Shown here: piece by piece, positions 1-8,428 of the stretch
Layout of the letters: the number at the start of each line of letters is the position of its first letter
Numbering within the stretch: position 1 is the stretch's first letter
Origin: Ferroglobus placidus DSM 10642
Lineage (GTDB): Archaea > Halobacteriota > Archaeoglobi > Archaeoglobales > Archaeoglobaceae
Direction: 5' to 3'
NCBI RefSeq assembly: GCF_000025505.1
Contig: NC_013849.1
Location: 120,001-152,000 of the forward strand
Length of the DNA stretch: 32,000 bases
Made by a program: the position numbers and the translations under genes
The notes under the pieces: generated by a model
Database searches by the model: none
The model's input: the letters and a program-made list of their open reading frames with translations, nothing else
What the model was told of the DNA's origin: nothing

Positions 1-1
1 T

Positions 2-388
2 TTGCTGACTGGAGATGGAAGAAAAGAGGGATTGATTCAGAAGGCAAAGAAATTGGGGATCAAAGAGATGCTAATCGACGTGGTTCCGACGGACATTAAA
101 AGCTTGGGAGAAGTTATCGAAACTCTCCTCCTCGTTAAAGCAACTTATTCGTATCCTGCTGGCTGTGGACCGGCTAACGTCTCCTACTACATGGCGGAGT
201 ACCTAAAAAAGGAGCTCGACACGAAAGTTCTCGTTAGCAGCGTTGACAGCGTTGCCCAGCTTTTCAGCGACTTCCTTTTCTACGGACCTATTGAGAGAAG
301 TGAAATAGCTTTCGAAAGCGCATTTATAGTTGAGGAGGTTAAGGAAGGTTTGAGCACTCCTATATACAAAATGGTGGTGTCGAGATGA
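2..388 (+). CDS. MtrH-family methyltransferase (tetrahydromethanopterin S-methyltransferase subunit H-like), C-terminal 128 aa only; 5' end lies outside the window
   Basis: The ORF is open to the window edge. The segments YPAGCGPAN and SDFLFYGPIE resemble the conserved C-terminal YPVGSGIHN and GDFVLYGPID blocks of MtrH as I recall them. The stop overlaps the next start (ATGA at 385-388). Confidence 0.6.
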   Translation: MLTGDGRKEGLIQKAKKLGIKEMLIDVVPTDIKSLGEVIETLLLVKATYSYPAGCGPANVSYYMAEYLKKELDTKVLVSSVDSVAQLFSDFLFYGPIERSEIAFESAFIVEEVKEGLSTPIYKMVVSR

Positions 389-1842
389 TAGAAGAAGTTC
401 TGAAAGAATCTCTGAAGTTGCAGGAAGAAGCAGTTAAGGCTATAGAAACCCACAGGTTTGAGGAGTTCAAGATCGTTCACGCGGAAAAGTTTGTAGAGGC
501 TGTTAGGGAAATGAAGGTAAAAGATGGACAGAACGAAAACGCTCTCAACCTCTACAGAATGAGCCTGATAAACCACTACGAAATCTTGAAAAGCTTAACC
601 GAAAGCGTGTCTCCGATGGAATCGGCTTTTCTCGAGTGGATGCAAACTCCGGTTGTGATGGAAATCCTTTACAGCCTGGACTCTTCTTTCAGAGAAGCCG
701 CTGAAAGAGTTGCGAAGGTAATTGAGGAGAGCGACGATATCATTTCCCTCGAAGCTATGAGAATCGCCAACGGCTTTTACGGAGTGACTTCGGCAAAGGA
801 CTTTGCCGCTATTCCCGGCTCAACTCTCTCGGTTTTGGCAAAAATTGTCGAGAGGGCAGATGTAGAGAGAGACTACGCAAAAGCGTTTTTATCAGCAAAG
901 TCGTGGGGGTTGAACACTTCCTACATCTTCGGCAACGAGTTTTTGAAAGTTTTTAAGGAAACGAAGAGCTTTGAAAAAGCTGTAGAGGCTGAGAAAAAAG
1001 CTATGAAGAGAATGTTGCTCGAGCCGGTAAAGCTTCAGAGGGAAATAATGCTTTCCTACGGATTCAAATCCTTCGATCCGGCAGATTATATGAGAATTTA
1101 CAGAGAAAAGATGGAAAATGTCGTAAATGATTCTCTCGACGAAGTTCACGTAGCAAACATCGTCATGCTGCCAACCCATGTAGGAGATGTCGGACACCAC
1201 ATAGGCTGGCAGTACTACTACATCTGCAGAGATGAGATGTGCATGGAGCTTTTAAGAGTGCACTTGGCTTTCCTCAAAAGGAACCTCCGAAGAGCGTTTG
1301 AGGAAGGTTTGATGAAGAGCGTTTTCGACGTCTCTTACTTTGCCACCGGACTTTCCGCTTTACTAATATACAAACTTCTGTTCGACGAAGGATTTACAGC
1401 AGAGATGCTCACGAGACTATTCACGGAAAGGTTTTACAACTACGTGATGCTCAATCAGTTTGATAGAAACGTCGTTAACGAGCTTCACGTCAACGACCTT
1501 CTCGATTTCGCTTTTCGCGGGCAGAGATTGGCTGAAAAGGGGTGGAAGATTGGAAAACTCGAAGTGGATTTTTCAGACTACGAAAACTCCTTCCTGCAGA
1601 GGGGTGAATACTACGCTTATCCCTTCTGCGCAATAACGACAAAATTCGCAACTTTGATGAGGTTTGCAGACATGCCTTGTTTACTCGCTCCCGAGCCAAT
1701 AAGCATAGCAACTCTCGTAAATGCTGTGGCGTTATCTCCGGAAAAGCCCTTCGCTCCCGTAAGTTTATGCAAGAACTGCGCAACAGCCCACGTCCAGCCG
1801 GCTAAGTGCATGCACTGCTTAAGCAAAAACCTCAAAATTTAA
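385..1842 (+). CDS. Uncharacterised 485-aa protein with a C-terminal CxxC-x9-CxxC (Cys4) knuckle; translationally coupled to the MtrH-like gene
   Basis: Long ORF with coding-like composition and an ATGA overlap with the upstream gene. The C-terminus is CKNCATAHVQPAKCMHC. I recognise no catalytic motif. Confidence 0.7.
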   Translation: MIEEVLKESLKLQEEAVKAIETHRFEEFKIVHAEKFVEAVREMKVKDGQNENALNLYRMSLINHYEILKSLTESVSPMESAFLEWMQTPVVMEILYSLDSSFREAAERVAKVIEESDDIISLEAMRIANGFYGVTSAKDFAAIPGSTLSVLAKIVERADVERDYAKAFLSAKSWGLNTSYIFGNEFLKVFKETKSFEKAVEAEKKAMKRMLLEPVKLQREIMLSYGFKSFDPADYMRIYREKMENVVNDSLDEVHVANIVMLPTHVGDVGHHIGWQYYYICRDEMCMELLRVHLAFLKRNLRRAFEEGLMKSVFDVSYFATGLSALLIYKLLFDEGFTAEMLTRLFTERFYNYVMLNQFDRNVVNELHVNDLLDFAFRGQRLAEKGWKIGKLEVDFSDYENSFLQRGEYYAYPFCAITTKFATLMRFADMPCLLAPEPISIATLVNAVALSPEKPFAPVSLCKNCATAHVQPAKCMHCLSKNLKI

Positions 1843-1861
1843 AAAATAAATTTTTTTTTTT
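1841..1861. terminator. Bidirectional oligo-A/oligo-T terminator between convergent genes
   Basis: The sequence taaaaaataaa followed by 11 consecutive T (1851-1861) lies between the stop at 1842 (+) and the stop at 1868 (-). Oligo-T runs are the known archaeal termination signal. On the minus strand the stretch reads TTTATTTTTT. Confidence 0.5.
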
Positions 1862-1867
1862 GGAGCG

Positions 1868-2050
1868 TCATTCTATCGTTATCGCTCCAGCGGGACAGCT
1901 TTCTGCAGCTTCCTGGCAGCAGTCGATATTAGCTTCGCAATCTCCAACGACTCTACTTATCCCGTTCTCGTCGAGCTTAAAAACTTCCGGACAGATCTCC
2001 TCGCATAATCCGCAGCCCGTACAAAGGTTTTCGTCTACTTTAGCTGGCAT
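1868..2050 (-). CDS. Small single-cluster [4Fe-4S] ferredoxin (60 aa, Pyrococcus/Thermotoga ferredoxin type)
   Basis: The motifs CTGCGLCEEICP ... CP(AGAITIE), plus an extra Cys pair, match the P. furiosus Fd layout. I chose the start at internal Met16 (2050) because a palindromic TATA (2074-2083) is centred about 28 nt upstream, giving leaderless geometry. The ORF-track start is 2095. Confidence 0.8.
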   Translation of the reverse strand: MPAKVDENLCTGCGLCEEICPEVFKLDENGISRVVGDCEANIDCCQEAAESCPAGAITIE

Positions 2051-2073
2051 GGTGAATATTTGAGCTAAAAAAC

Positions 2074-2083
2074 TATTTAAATA
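2074..2083 (-). promoter_or_regulatory. TATA box (TATTTAAATA) for the leaderless ferredoxin gene
   Basis: The AT-rich palindromic element is centred about 28 nt upstream of the ATG at 2050. It sits in the 170-nt divergent region shared with hdrA. Further TATA-like elements for hdrA lie at about 2134-2146 and 2154-2166. Confidence 0.4.
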
Positions 2084-2224
2084 TTTCCAGCCCATGAGAA
2101 ATATTTCAAAAACACGAATTCGACTTTTAAGCCGATAAAATATAACGATTAGTCATTTTAAATATGCTCCGTGAAATCTCAACTGGGAAAAATTAAAATC
2201 GTACTCCAACAACTTTTGAGAGTC

Positions 2225-4558
2225 ATGAGGATCGGTGTATTTGTTTGTCACTGCGGATTGAACATAGCGAGAATTGTTGACGTTCAAGAAGTTGTTAATT
2301 ACGCTAAAAATCTCGAAGACGTTTACTTTTCCACGGATTTAAAGTACGCCTGTTCCGACAGCGGTCAGGAGGAGATTATAAAAGCTATAAAAGAAAATCG
2401 GCTCGATGCCGTTGTTATTGCCGCATGCTCTCCAAAACTTCACGAGCACACTTTTAGAAAAGCTGCGATGAGAGCGGGGCTGAACCCTTACATGGTTCTC
2501 ATGGCAAACATAAGGGAGCAGTGTTCGTGGGTTCACCAAGAACATCCTAAAGCTGCGACGGAAAAAGCTAAAGATCTCGTCAGAATGGCTGTCGCTGCTG
2601 CAAGAAAGCTCGAACCACTGTCAAGAAAGAGAATTGAGGTTAAGAAGAGTGCCGTCGTGATCGGCGGAGGCGTTGCTGGGATTGAAGCCGCTTTAACTCT
2701 CGCTAACGCTGGAGTGAAAGTATATCTTATAGAAAAAGCCCCCACAATCGGAGGAAAAATGGCTACGCTGAATGAAGTTTTTCCGACGAACGACTGTTCG
2801 ATATGCATCCTCGCTCCCAAGATGAGCGAGGCTTTCAATCACGAGAACATAGAGGTCATAACAAACGCCGAAGTCCTTGAAGTTTCTGGACACGTGGGGA
2901 ATTTTAAAGTAAAAGTCAGAAAGCATCCGAGGTACGTGGACGAGAATAAATGCAAAGGCTGTATCGACGATTGCTCCTCAGTCTGCCCGGTGGAAGTTCC
3001 CAACGAGTTCGACTACACGATAGGAGTGAGAAAGGCAATATACTTGCCGATTCCCCAGTCAACTCCTCTTTACGCAGCCATAGACTGGGAGCACTGCATC
3101 GGCTGCAGACTTTGCGAAAAAGCGTGCGAACCGAAAGCCGTCGACTTTAATCAGAAGCCGGAAGATTTAGAGATAGAAGCGGGAGTTATTATCGTCGCTA
3201 CCGGCTACAAACCTTTCGATGCGAGGAGGAAAGAGGAGTACGGCTACGGAGTGTATAAGAACGTTATAACAACCCTCGAACTCGAAAGACTTTTGTCAGC
3301 CTCGGGACCAACTCTCGGCAACTTGTATCGCCCTTCGGATTCTTCCGTGCCGAGAAAAATCGCTTTCATTCAGTGCGTAGGGAGCAGGGATGTTAAGACC
3401 AACAAGTACTGCTCGAGGGTTTGCTGCATGGTGAGCATTAAGAACGCTTACATTATAAAGGAAAGGTATCCGGAAGCGGATGTTTCAGTCTTCTTTATCG
3501 ACATAAGAGCCTTCGGAAGAATGTACGAGGAGTTTTTTGCGAGAGCTCAGGAAAAGGGAATAAGATTCATAAGGGGAAGAGTGGCTGAGATTTACGAGCT
3601 TGAGAACGGAAATCTAATTCTCACGTACGAAAACACTCTTACCGGAGAAATAAAAGAGGAGGAGTTCGAACTCGTCGTTCTTTCCATCGGAATGGAAGGG
3701 AACACTGACTTGGCAAACAAGCTCGGGATAAGCGTCGGCGAAGACGGATTTTACGACGTGGCTCATCCGAAGCTTAGACCAGCTGAAACTGATGTAAAGG
3801 GAATATTTTTGGCCGGAGCAGCAAGCGGTCCTAAGGATATTCAAGATTCCGTAGCTTCAGCAGGTTTGGCGGCTTCGAAAGCCATGGAGCTTATATTTGG
3901 CGGAGAAGCGGAATTTGACCCTTACAATGCCTACGTAAACGAAGAAAAGTGCATAGGATGCAGAATATGCGAGGAGGTTTGCAATTTCAATGCTGTGACG
4001 TTCGAAAATAAGAAGGCGAAGATAGATCCGAACGCTTGCGTCATGTGCGGAGTTTGCGCAGCTTCTTGTCCGGCAGACGCGATAGACTTGGGATTCTTTA
4101 AGGAAGATGCGATTGTTGCTATGATTGACGCACTCGCTGAGGAGAAGAAAGTAGAGCCGCTAATATTGATCTTCGCCTGCCACTTCTGCAGTTACGGAGC
4201 ACTCGACTTGGCTGGAACTACGAAAACCCAGTATTCTCCTAACGTGAGGGTAATAAGGACGCTTTGCTCTGGGAGGGTTGATCCTGAGTGGATTTTGAGG
4301 GCTTTGAAGAGAGGAATAGACGGCGTTATGGTGACCGGTTGCAGGCTTGGAGAGTGCCACTTTAGAGTTGGTAACTATCATGCTGTTGATAGAATTAAAG
4401 CTCTGAAGAAGCTTCTTGAGGAGATCGGAATAAATCCAGAGAGGGTGGAAACTTCCTGGCATTCCGCTGGAGAGGGGGCTGAGATAGCCAAAGATATCGA
4501 CGAGTTTGTTGAGAGAATTGCGAAGCTTGGATCGATTTACGAAGAGGTGGCAAGATGA
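2225..4558 (+). CDS. hdrA: Heterodisulfide reductase subunit A-like flavoprotein fused to a C-terminal MvhD domain (HdrA-MvhD)
   Basis: The protein has N-terminal VFVCHCG, the FAD fold VVIGGGVAGIEAAL...GGKM, KYCSRVCC, and four CxxCxxCxxxC ferredoxin motifs. The last ~140 aa (ILIFACHFCSYGALD...LCSGRVD...GCRLGECHF) look like an MvhD domain. I placed the start at ATG 2225 (MRIGVFVCHCG). GTG 2171 from the ORF track is an alternative. Confidence 0.85.
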   Translation: MRIGVFVCHCGLNIARIVDVQEVVNYAKNLEDVYFSTDLKYACSDSGQEEIIKAIKENRLDAVVIAACSPKLHEHTFRKAAMRAGLNPYMVLMANIREQCSWVHQEHPKAATEKAKDLVRMAVAAARKLEPLSRKRIEVKKSAVVIGGGVAGIEAALTLANAGVKVYLIEKAPTIGGKMATLNEVFPTNDCSICILAPKMSEAFNHENIEVITNAEVLEVSGHVGNFKVKVRKHPRYVDENKCKGCIDDCSSVCPVEVPNEFDYTIGVRKAIYLPIPQSTPLYAAIDWEHCIGCRLCEKACEPKAVDFNQKPEDLEIEAGVIIVATGYKPFDARRKEEYGYGVYKNVITTLELERLLSASGPTLGNLYRPSDSSVPRKIAFIQCVGSRDVKTNKYCSRVCCMVSIKNAYIIKERYPEADVSVFFIDIRAFGRMYEEFFARAQEKGIRFIRGRVAEIYELENGNLILTYENTLTGEIKEEEFELVVLSIGMEGNTDLANKLGISVGEDGFYDVAHPKLRPAETDVKGIFLAGAASGPKDIQDSVASAGLAASKAMELIFGGEAEFDPYNAYVNEEKCIGCRICEEVCNFNAVTFENKKAKIDPNACVMCGVCAASCPADAIDLGFFKEDAIVAMIDALAEEKKVEPLILIFACHFCSYGALDLAGTTKTQYSPNVRVIRTLCSGRVDPEWILRALKRGIDGVMVTGCRLGECHFRVGNYHAVDRIKALKKLLEEIGINPERVETSWHSAGEGAEIAKDIDEFVERIAKLGSIYEEVAR

Positions 4559-5871
4559 TAGAGAGAGACGTTGAGATGGAGGAGAACAAATTCATATTCA
4601 TTCAAAGAGCTGAAGATGAGGAGAGGAGATTAATTTACGACTACAAAAAATGTAACGGTTGCGGAATTTGCGTTTACGCATGCCCAATAAATGCGATAGA
4701 GCTTGGTCCGGTTCACGACATAGCTTTAGGTCTGGAAATGCCCCCGATAACGCTCGATCACATAAAGTGCTCCTACTGCGGAATTTGCTACGCTTTCTGC
4801 CCTTTTAACGCCTTCGACTTTTACATTAACGAAAAGAGAGTAGAAAAACAGGAGTTACCTCTCACTTTGTCCGGAGAAACGAGGATTGATAGGGAGAAGT
4901 GCGTGAATTGTACGCTCTGCTTTAAAGTCTGTCCGACGAATGCGATAAGCCTCGATTTCAAAATAAAAAGAGAGGACATCCCGCAGAGGAATGAAGGCGT
5001 GGAAGGGAAAGTTGAAATAGATAGGGAGAAGTGCAATCTTTGCGGAATTTGCGCAGAGTTCTGCGAAGTTTTTCAAATGGTCGAAAAAGAGCCTCATCCG
5101 GAGGATGTCATGCCCTACGAGGATATCCTAATCGACGAGACTAAGTGCGACTACTGCAAGCTCTGCGAGAGAGTTTGTCCAGAAGAAGCTATAAGAGTAG
5201 AAGGGAAATTGATAGAGGCTGACGTTTCGGATTACGCTTTCGTTGATGTCAACAACGAGGAGTGCTCGAGGTGTTCCTACTGCGAAGAAGTTTGTCCGTA
5301 CGACGCGATAACAGTTTCGAAGCCAATTTACGGAGAACTCTACCTGTACGAGCCGAGGATGTACAGATGCGATCCAGTCGGATGCGGGGCTTGTATAAAA
5401 GTTTGCAAGCACAACAGGGTTTGGTACGTTTCGAAGGATAAGGGAAGAGTTCACTACAACGAGAAATTCTGCAATTACTGCGGAGCTTGCGAAAACTCGT
5501 GTCCCTACGACTTAATAGCTGTTAAGAGGGATGCGGTCTTTACCATAGAAAACATAAAGAACGAACCCTGGAGGGAGTCTTGGGAGGAGGCAGTTTACAG
5601 AATAACGAGAAAAATTAGAGCTGAGGAGCCGAGAGTTAAATTTGCAAAAGTCTCTCAGAAATTCGAAGTTAAAGAGGAGGAGTTTAAGGTATTTAAGCCA
5701 ACTGAGGACATTTTAAAGAAACTCGAGGAGAAGATTTCACTGGCTGAAAAAATTTTAAAAAGAGCGGCGATCAGAAAAGCGATTGAAGAAGAGAGGTTCG
5801 AAGATTTTGCAAAGCTGGTGAAGAAGTATGCATCTCGAGAGCTTGAGAGGAAGGAAGAACAAGAAGCTTGA
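4555..5871 (+). CDS. Polyferredoxin with eight [4Fe-4S]-type Cys motifs and a ~100-aa K/E-rich C-terminal tail
   Basis: The eight motifs are CNGCGICVYACP, CSYCGICYAFCP, CVNCTLCFKVCP, CNLCGICAEFCE, CDYCKLCERVCP, CSRCSYCEEVCP, CDPVGCGACIKVC and CNYCGACENSCP. There is an ATGA overlap with hdrA. Confidence 0.85.
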   Translation: MIERDVEMEENKFIFIQRAEDEERRLIYDYKKCNGCGICVYACPINAIELGPVHDIALGLEMPPITLDHIKCSYCGICYAFCPFNAFDFYINEKRVEKQELPLTLSGETRIDREKCVNCTLCFKVCPTNAISLDFKIKREDIPQRNEGVEGKVEIDREKCNLCGICAEFCEVFQMVEKEPHPEDVMPYEDILIDETKCDYCKLCERVCPEEAIRVEGKLIEADVSDYAFVDVNNEECSRCSYCEEVCPYDAITVSKPIYGELYLYEPRMYRCDPVGCGACIKVCKHNRVWYVSKDKGRVHYNEKFCNYCGACENSCPYDLIAVKRDAVFTIENIKNEPWRESWEEAVYRITRKIRAEEPRVKFAKVSQKFEVKEEEFKVFKPTEDILKKLEEKISLAEKILKRAAIRKAIEEERFEDFAKLVKKYASRELERKEEQEA

Positions 5872-7027
5872 AGGTAAAAAGATCGTTCTTGGGGTTACCG
5901 GAAGCATAGCAGCGATAGAGTCTGTGAAGCTTGCGAGAGAGCTCGTGAGGAGAGGAGCGGATGTGGTGGCTGTTATGAGCGAAGCGGCTAAAAAGATAAT
6001 TCACCCCTACGCCCTCGAATTCGCCACCGACAATCCGGTTATAGACGAAATTACCGGGAAAATAGAGCACGTTGAGCTTTTTGAGAGAGACGGTAAGGCG
6101 GATCTTTTATTAATTGCTCCAGCCACAGCCAACACCATAGCCAAGATTGCGAACGGCATAGACGACACGCCAGTAACGACGATGGCTACTGTCGCTCTTG
6201 GAAGTGGAAAGAAGATAATCGTAGCTCCAGCCATGCACGAAAGCATGATAAAGAACAAAGCTGTTGCGGAAGCGATGGAAAAGCTGAAAAACTTGGGAGT
6301 GGAAATAGTCGAGCCTAAATTCGAAGAGGGAAAGGCGAAGTTCCCCGAGATTGAGAAAATATGCCTCCACGTGGAAAGAGCTTTGTACAAGAAAGATTTC
6401 GAAGGATACAAAGTTCTCGTAACTTCCGGACCAACTTACGAGTTCCTCGATCCGATTAGGTTTATAAGCAATAGAAGTAGCGGAAAGTTCGGCTACGAAA
6501 TCGCTCTGGAGTTCTGGCGGAGAGGAGCTGAGATCGTTTACGTTTCCTCGAAAGACGTCCCCTTCAGCCTACCGGATTTCGAGCACGTAAAGGTGGTTTC
6601 GGTAAAAGATATGCTGGAAGCCTGTTTAGCCCACAAAGACTGCGACGTTTTCGTTTCGGCTGCCGCTGCAGCAGATTTTACGATAGAAACGAAGAGGAGC
6701 AAGATTAAAACTGCCGATGAGCTGAATCTAATTTTAAAAGCTGCTCCGAAGGTTTTAAAGGAAGTCAGAAAAGTTTCGAACTGCAAGATAATAGGGTTTA
6801 AAGCGGAAACCGGAGTTGGCGACAAGGAACTCGAAAAAATTGCTCTGAGCAAAATGGAAGAGGATAGAATCGATATGATCGTCGCAAACGACGTGCTCGA
6901 AAGAGGAATGGGTACAGACGATACGAGAGTTTTCGTAGCTACCGGAAAAAGAAGGGTCTGGCTCGAAGGGTTGAAAATGCACGTTGCGGAGAAGATAGTA
7001 GATATCTTTTCCGAAGACTGTCTATGA
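5828..7027 (+). CDS. coaBC: Bifunctional phosphopantothenoylcysteine decarboxylase / phosphopantothenate-cysteine ligase
   Basis: The N-terminal flavoprotein motif is KKIVLGVTGSIAAIES. The C-terminal CoaB motif is ISNRSSGKFGYEIA. ATG 5828 overlaps the polyferredoxin by 44 nt. TTG 5843 is an alternative start. Confidence 0.85.
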   Translation: MHLESLRGRKNKKLEGKKIVLGVTGSIAAIESVKLARELVRRGADVVAVMSEAAKKIIHPYALEFATDNPVIDEITGKIEHVELFERDGKADLLLIAPATANTIAKIANGIDDTPVTTMATVALGSGKKIIVAPAMHESMIKNKAVAEAMEKLKNLGVEIVEPKFEEGKAKFPEIEKICLHVERALYKKDFEGYKVLVTSGPTYEFLDPIRFISNRSSGKFGYEIALEFWRRGAEIVYVSSKDVPFSLPDFEHVKVVSVKDMLEACLAHKDCDVFVSAAAAADFTIETKRSKIKTADELNLILKAAPKVLKEVRKVSNCKIIGFKAETGVGDKELEKIALSKMEEDRIDMIVANDVLERGMGTDDTRVFVATGKRRVWLEGLKMHVAEKIVDIFSEDCL

Positions 7028-7821
7028 TTTTCGCTCCCTCGAGCATAACGGCTTTCTTTTCTCCAAGAATTCATTCCGAGCCTAAAAAAGCAGGATCGAT
7101 CGGAGTTGGGATAACTTTAAACGAAGGTGTCGTTGCCAGAGAATCCAAAGAGGAGGGAGTTTATTTAAACGGAAGTAAAATTGAATTTCCCACGGTTGAG
7201 TACGTTTTAAGAAAGCTTGGTTTGAAAGGCGTGAATCTCGAAACGAAACTTCCGTTGTCCTGCGGCTTTGGTTTGAGCGGTGCTTCTGCTTTAGCCACAG
7301 CTTTTCTCTCAAAGGAAGCAGATTATTTTTTCCTCTGCGATCTTGCTCACGAGGCTGAGGTAATTCATAAAACCGGGCTTGGTGATGTTGTCACCCAAAC
7401 TCACGGCGGAGTCGTTGCGAGAATTTCCGAAGGAGCTCCTTCGATTGCTAAGGTTAAGAAGTTTTTCTTCAACGCAACGATTGACGTTATCGTTTTGGGA
7501 AAGATTAACACGGCAGAGTTCCTTTCAAGCTACAACCTGAAGGAGATATCGAGAATAGGAGAGGAATGTCTTAAAGAGTTCTTGAAAAAACCGAGCCTCG
7601 AAAACCTCTTCGAACTCTCCAAAAAGTTCGCCATCGAAACGGGGTTAGGAGAGGAAGTTAAAGATGTAATAGAGGCGGTCGAAGCAGCTGGAGGAAAAGC
7701 TTCAATGGCTATGCTCGGAAAAACGGTTTTTGCACTAAACGGAAGGGAAGCTTTCGGGGATTTTAGCGGTTTAACTTTTTCGGCGAGAATCAGAAACTGC
7801 GGAGTGGACGCTAATTTTTAA
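7024..7821 (+). CDS. GHMP-family kinase, probable archaeal pantoate kinase (CoA pathway)
   Basis: The GHMP phosphate-binding motif is PLSCGFGLSGASALA. The N-terminal SSITAFFSP...GSIGVGITL pattern fits the archaeal COG1829-type kinase as I recall it. There is an ATGA overlap with coaBC. Confidence 0.65.
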   Translation: MIFAPSSITAFFSPRIHSEPKKAGSIGVGITLNEGVVARESKEEGVYLNGSKIEFPTVEYVLRKLGLKGVNLETKLPLSCGFGLSGASALATAFLSKEADYFFLCDLAHEAEVIHKTGLGDVVTQTHGGVVARISEGAPSIAKVKKFFFNATIDVIVLGKINTAEFLSSYNLKEISRIGEECLKEFLKKPSLENLFELSKKFAIETGLGEEVKDVIEAVEAAGGKASMAMLGKTVFALNGREAFGDFSGLTFSARIRNCGVDANF

Positions 7822-7858
7822 TAAGTTCAAGCGTAAATATTTACAAGAGGTGGGGCAA

Positions 7859-8428
7859 ATGCTGCACGTTTTCGACTTAGATGAAAAGGACAAAAGGATA
7901 CTGGAACTTTTAGAAAAAAACCCGGAAATGACCCAAAACGACATAGCGAGAGTCGTAGGGTTGTCTCAACCTTCAGTTGGTGCGAGAATAAAGAAGTTGA
8001 AAGAGCTCGGATTGATAAGCCACGTTTACGGATTGAATTTAAAAAATTCCGGACTTTACGTGGTTAAGGTTGATGTAAAGTGCAGAAATCCGAGAAAAAT
8101 AGTAGAAAGGTTTAAAAGATGCCCGCACTTTCTGAATTCGTTTGTTGTAGCTGGAAACAAGAATTTGACTCTTCTCTTCATAGGAGAGGACCTCTCGACA
8201 GTCGAAGCTATAATCGACAAACACTTGAGACCTAACAGCGACGTCGTCGATCTGGATGTCGGAATAGTGATAAAAGCTGAAAGGGACATGGTAATGCCGA
8301 TAAAAATACTCGTCGAAAAGACCGGGAGTCCGTGCGGAAGCAATTGCAGCGAGTGCGAATATTACATTTCGGAGCTCTGCAACGGCTGTCCGGCTACAAC
8401 GCATTACAGAGGAAAGCTCTGGAAATGA
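7859..8428 (+). CDS. Lrp/AsnC-family transcriptional regulator with a Cys-rich C-terminal extension
   Basis: The HTH is KDKRILELLEKNPEMTQNDIARVVGLSQPSVGARIKKLKELGLI, followed by a RAM-like domain. The tail is CGSNCSECEYYISELCNGC. I placed the start at ATG 7859, preceded by GAGGTGG. GTG 7850 is the ORF-track start. Confidence 0.7.
   Translation: MLHVFDLDEKDKRILELLEKNPEMTQNDIARVVGLSQPSVGARIKKLKELGLISHVYGLNLKNSGLYVVKVDVKCRNPRKIVERFKRCPHFLNSFVVAGNKNLTLLFIGEDLSTVEAIIDKHLRPNSDVVDLDVGIVIKAERDMVMPIKILVEKTGSPCGSNCSECEYYISELCNGCPATTHYRGKLWK

Noticed and set aside
2225-4558. Assignment of the HdrA-MvhD fusion as QmoB of the sulfate-reducer Qmo complex
   Set aside because: QmoB has the same HdrA+MvhD architecture. 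However, no QmoA-like second flavoprotein or QmoC membrane subunit flanks it, and a soluble polyferredoxin follows instead. I kept the generic HdrA-MvhD call.
6538-7074. A 178-aa minus-strand ORF antisense to coaBC (also 6007-6411)
   Set aside because: The translation is Ser-rich low complexity with no motifs. The opposite strand carries clear CoaBC motifs.
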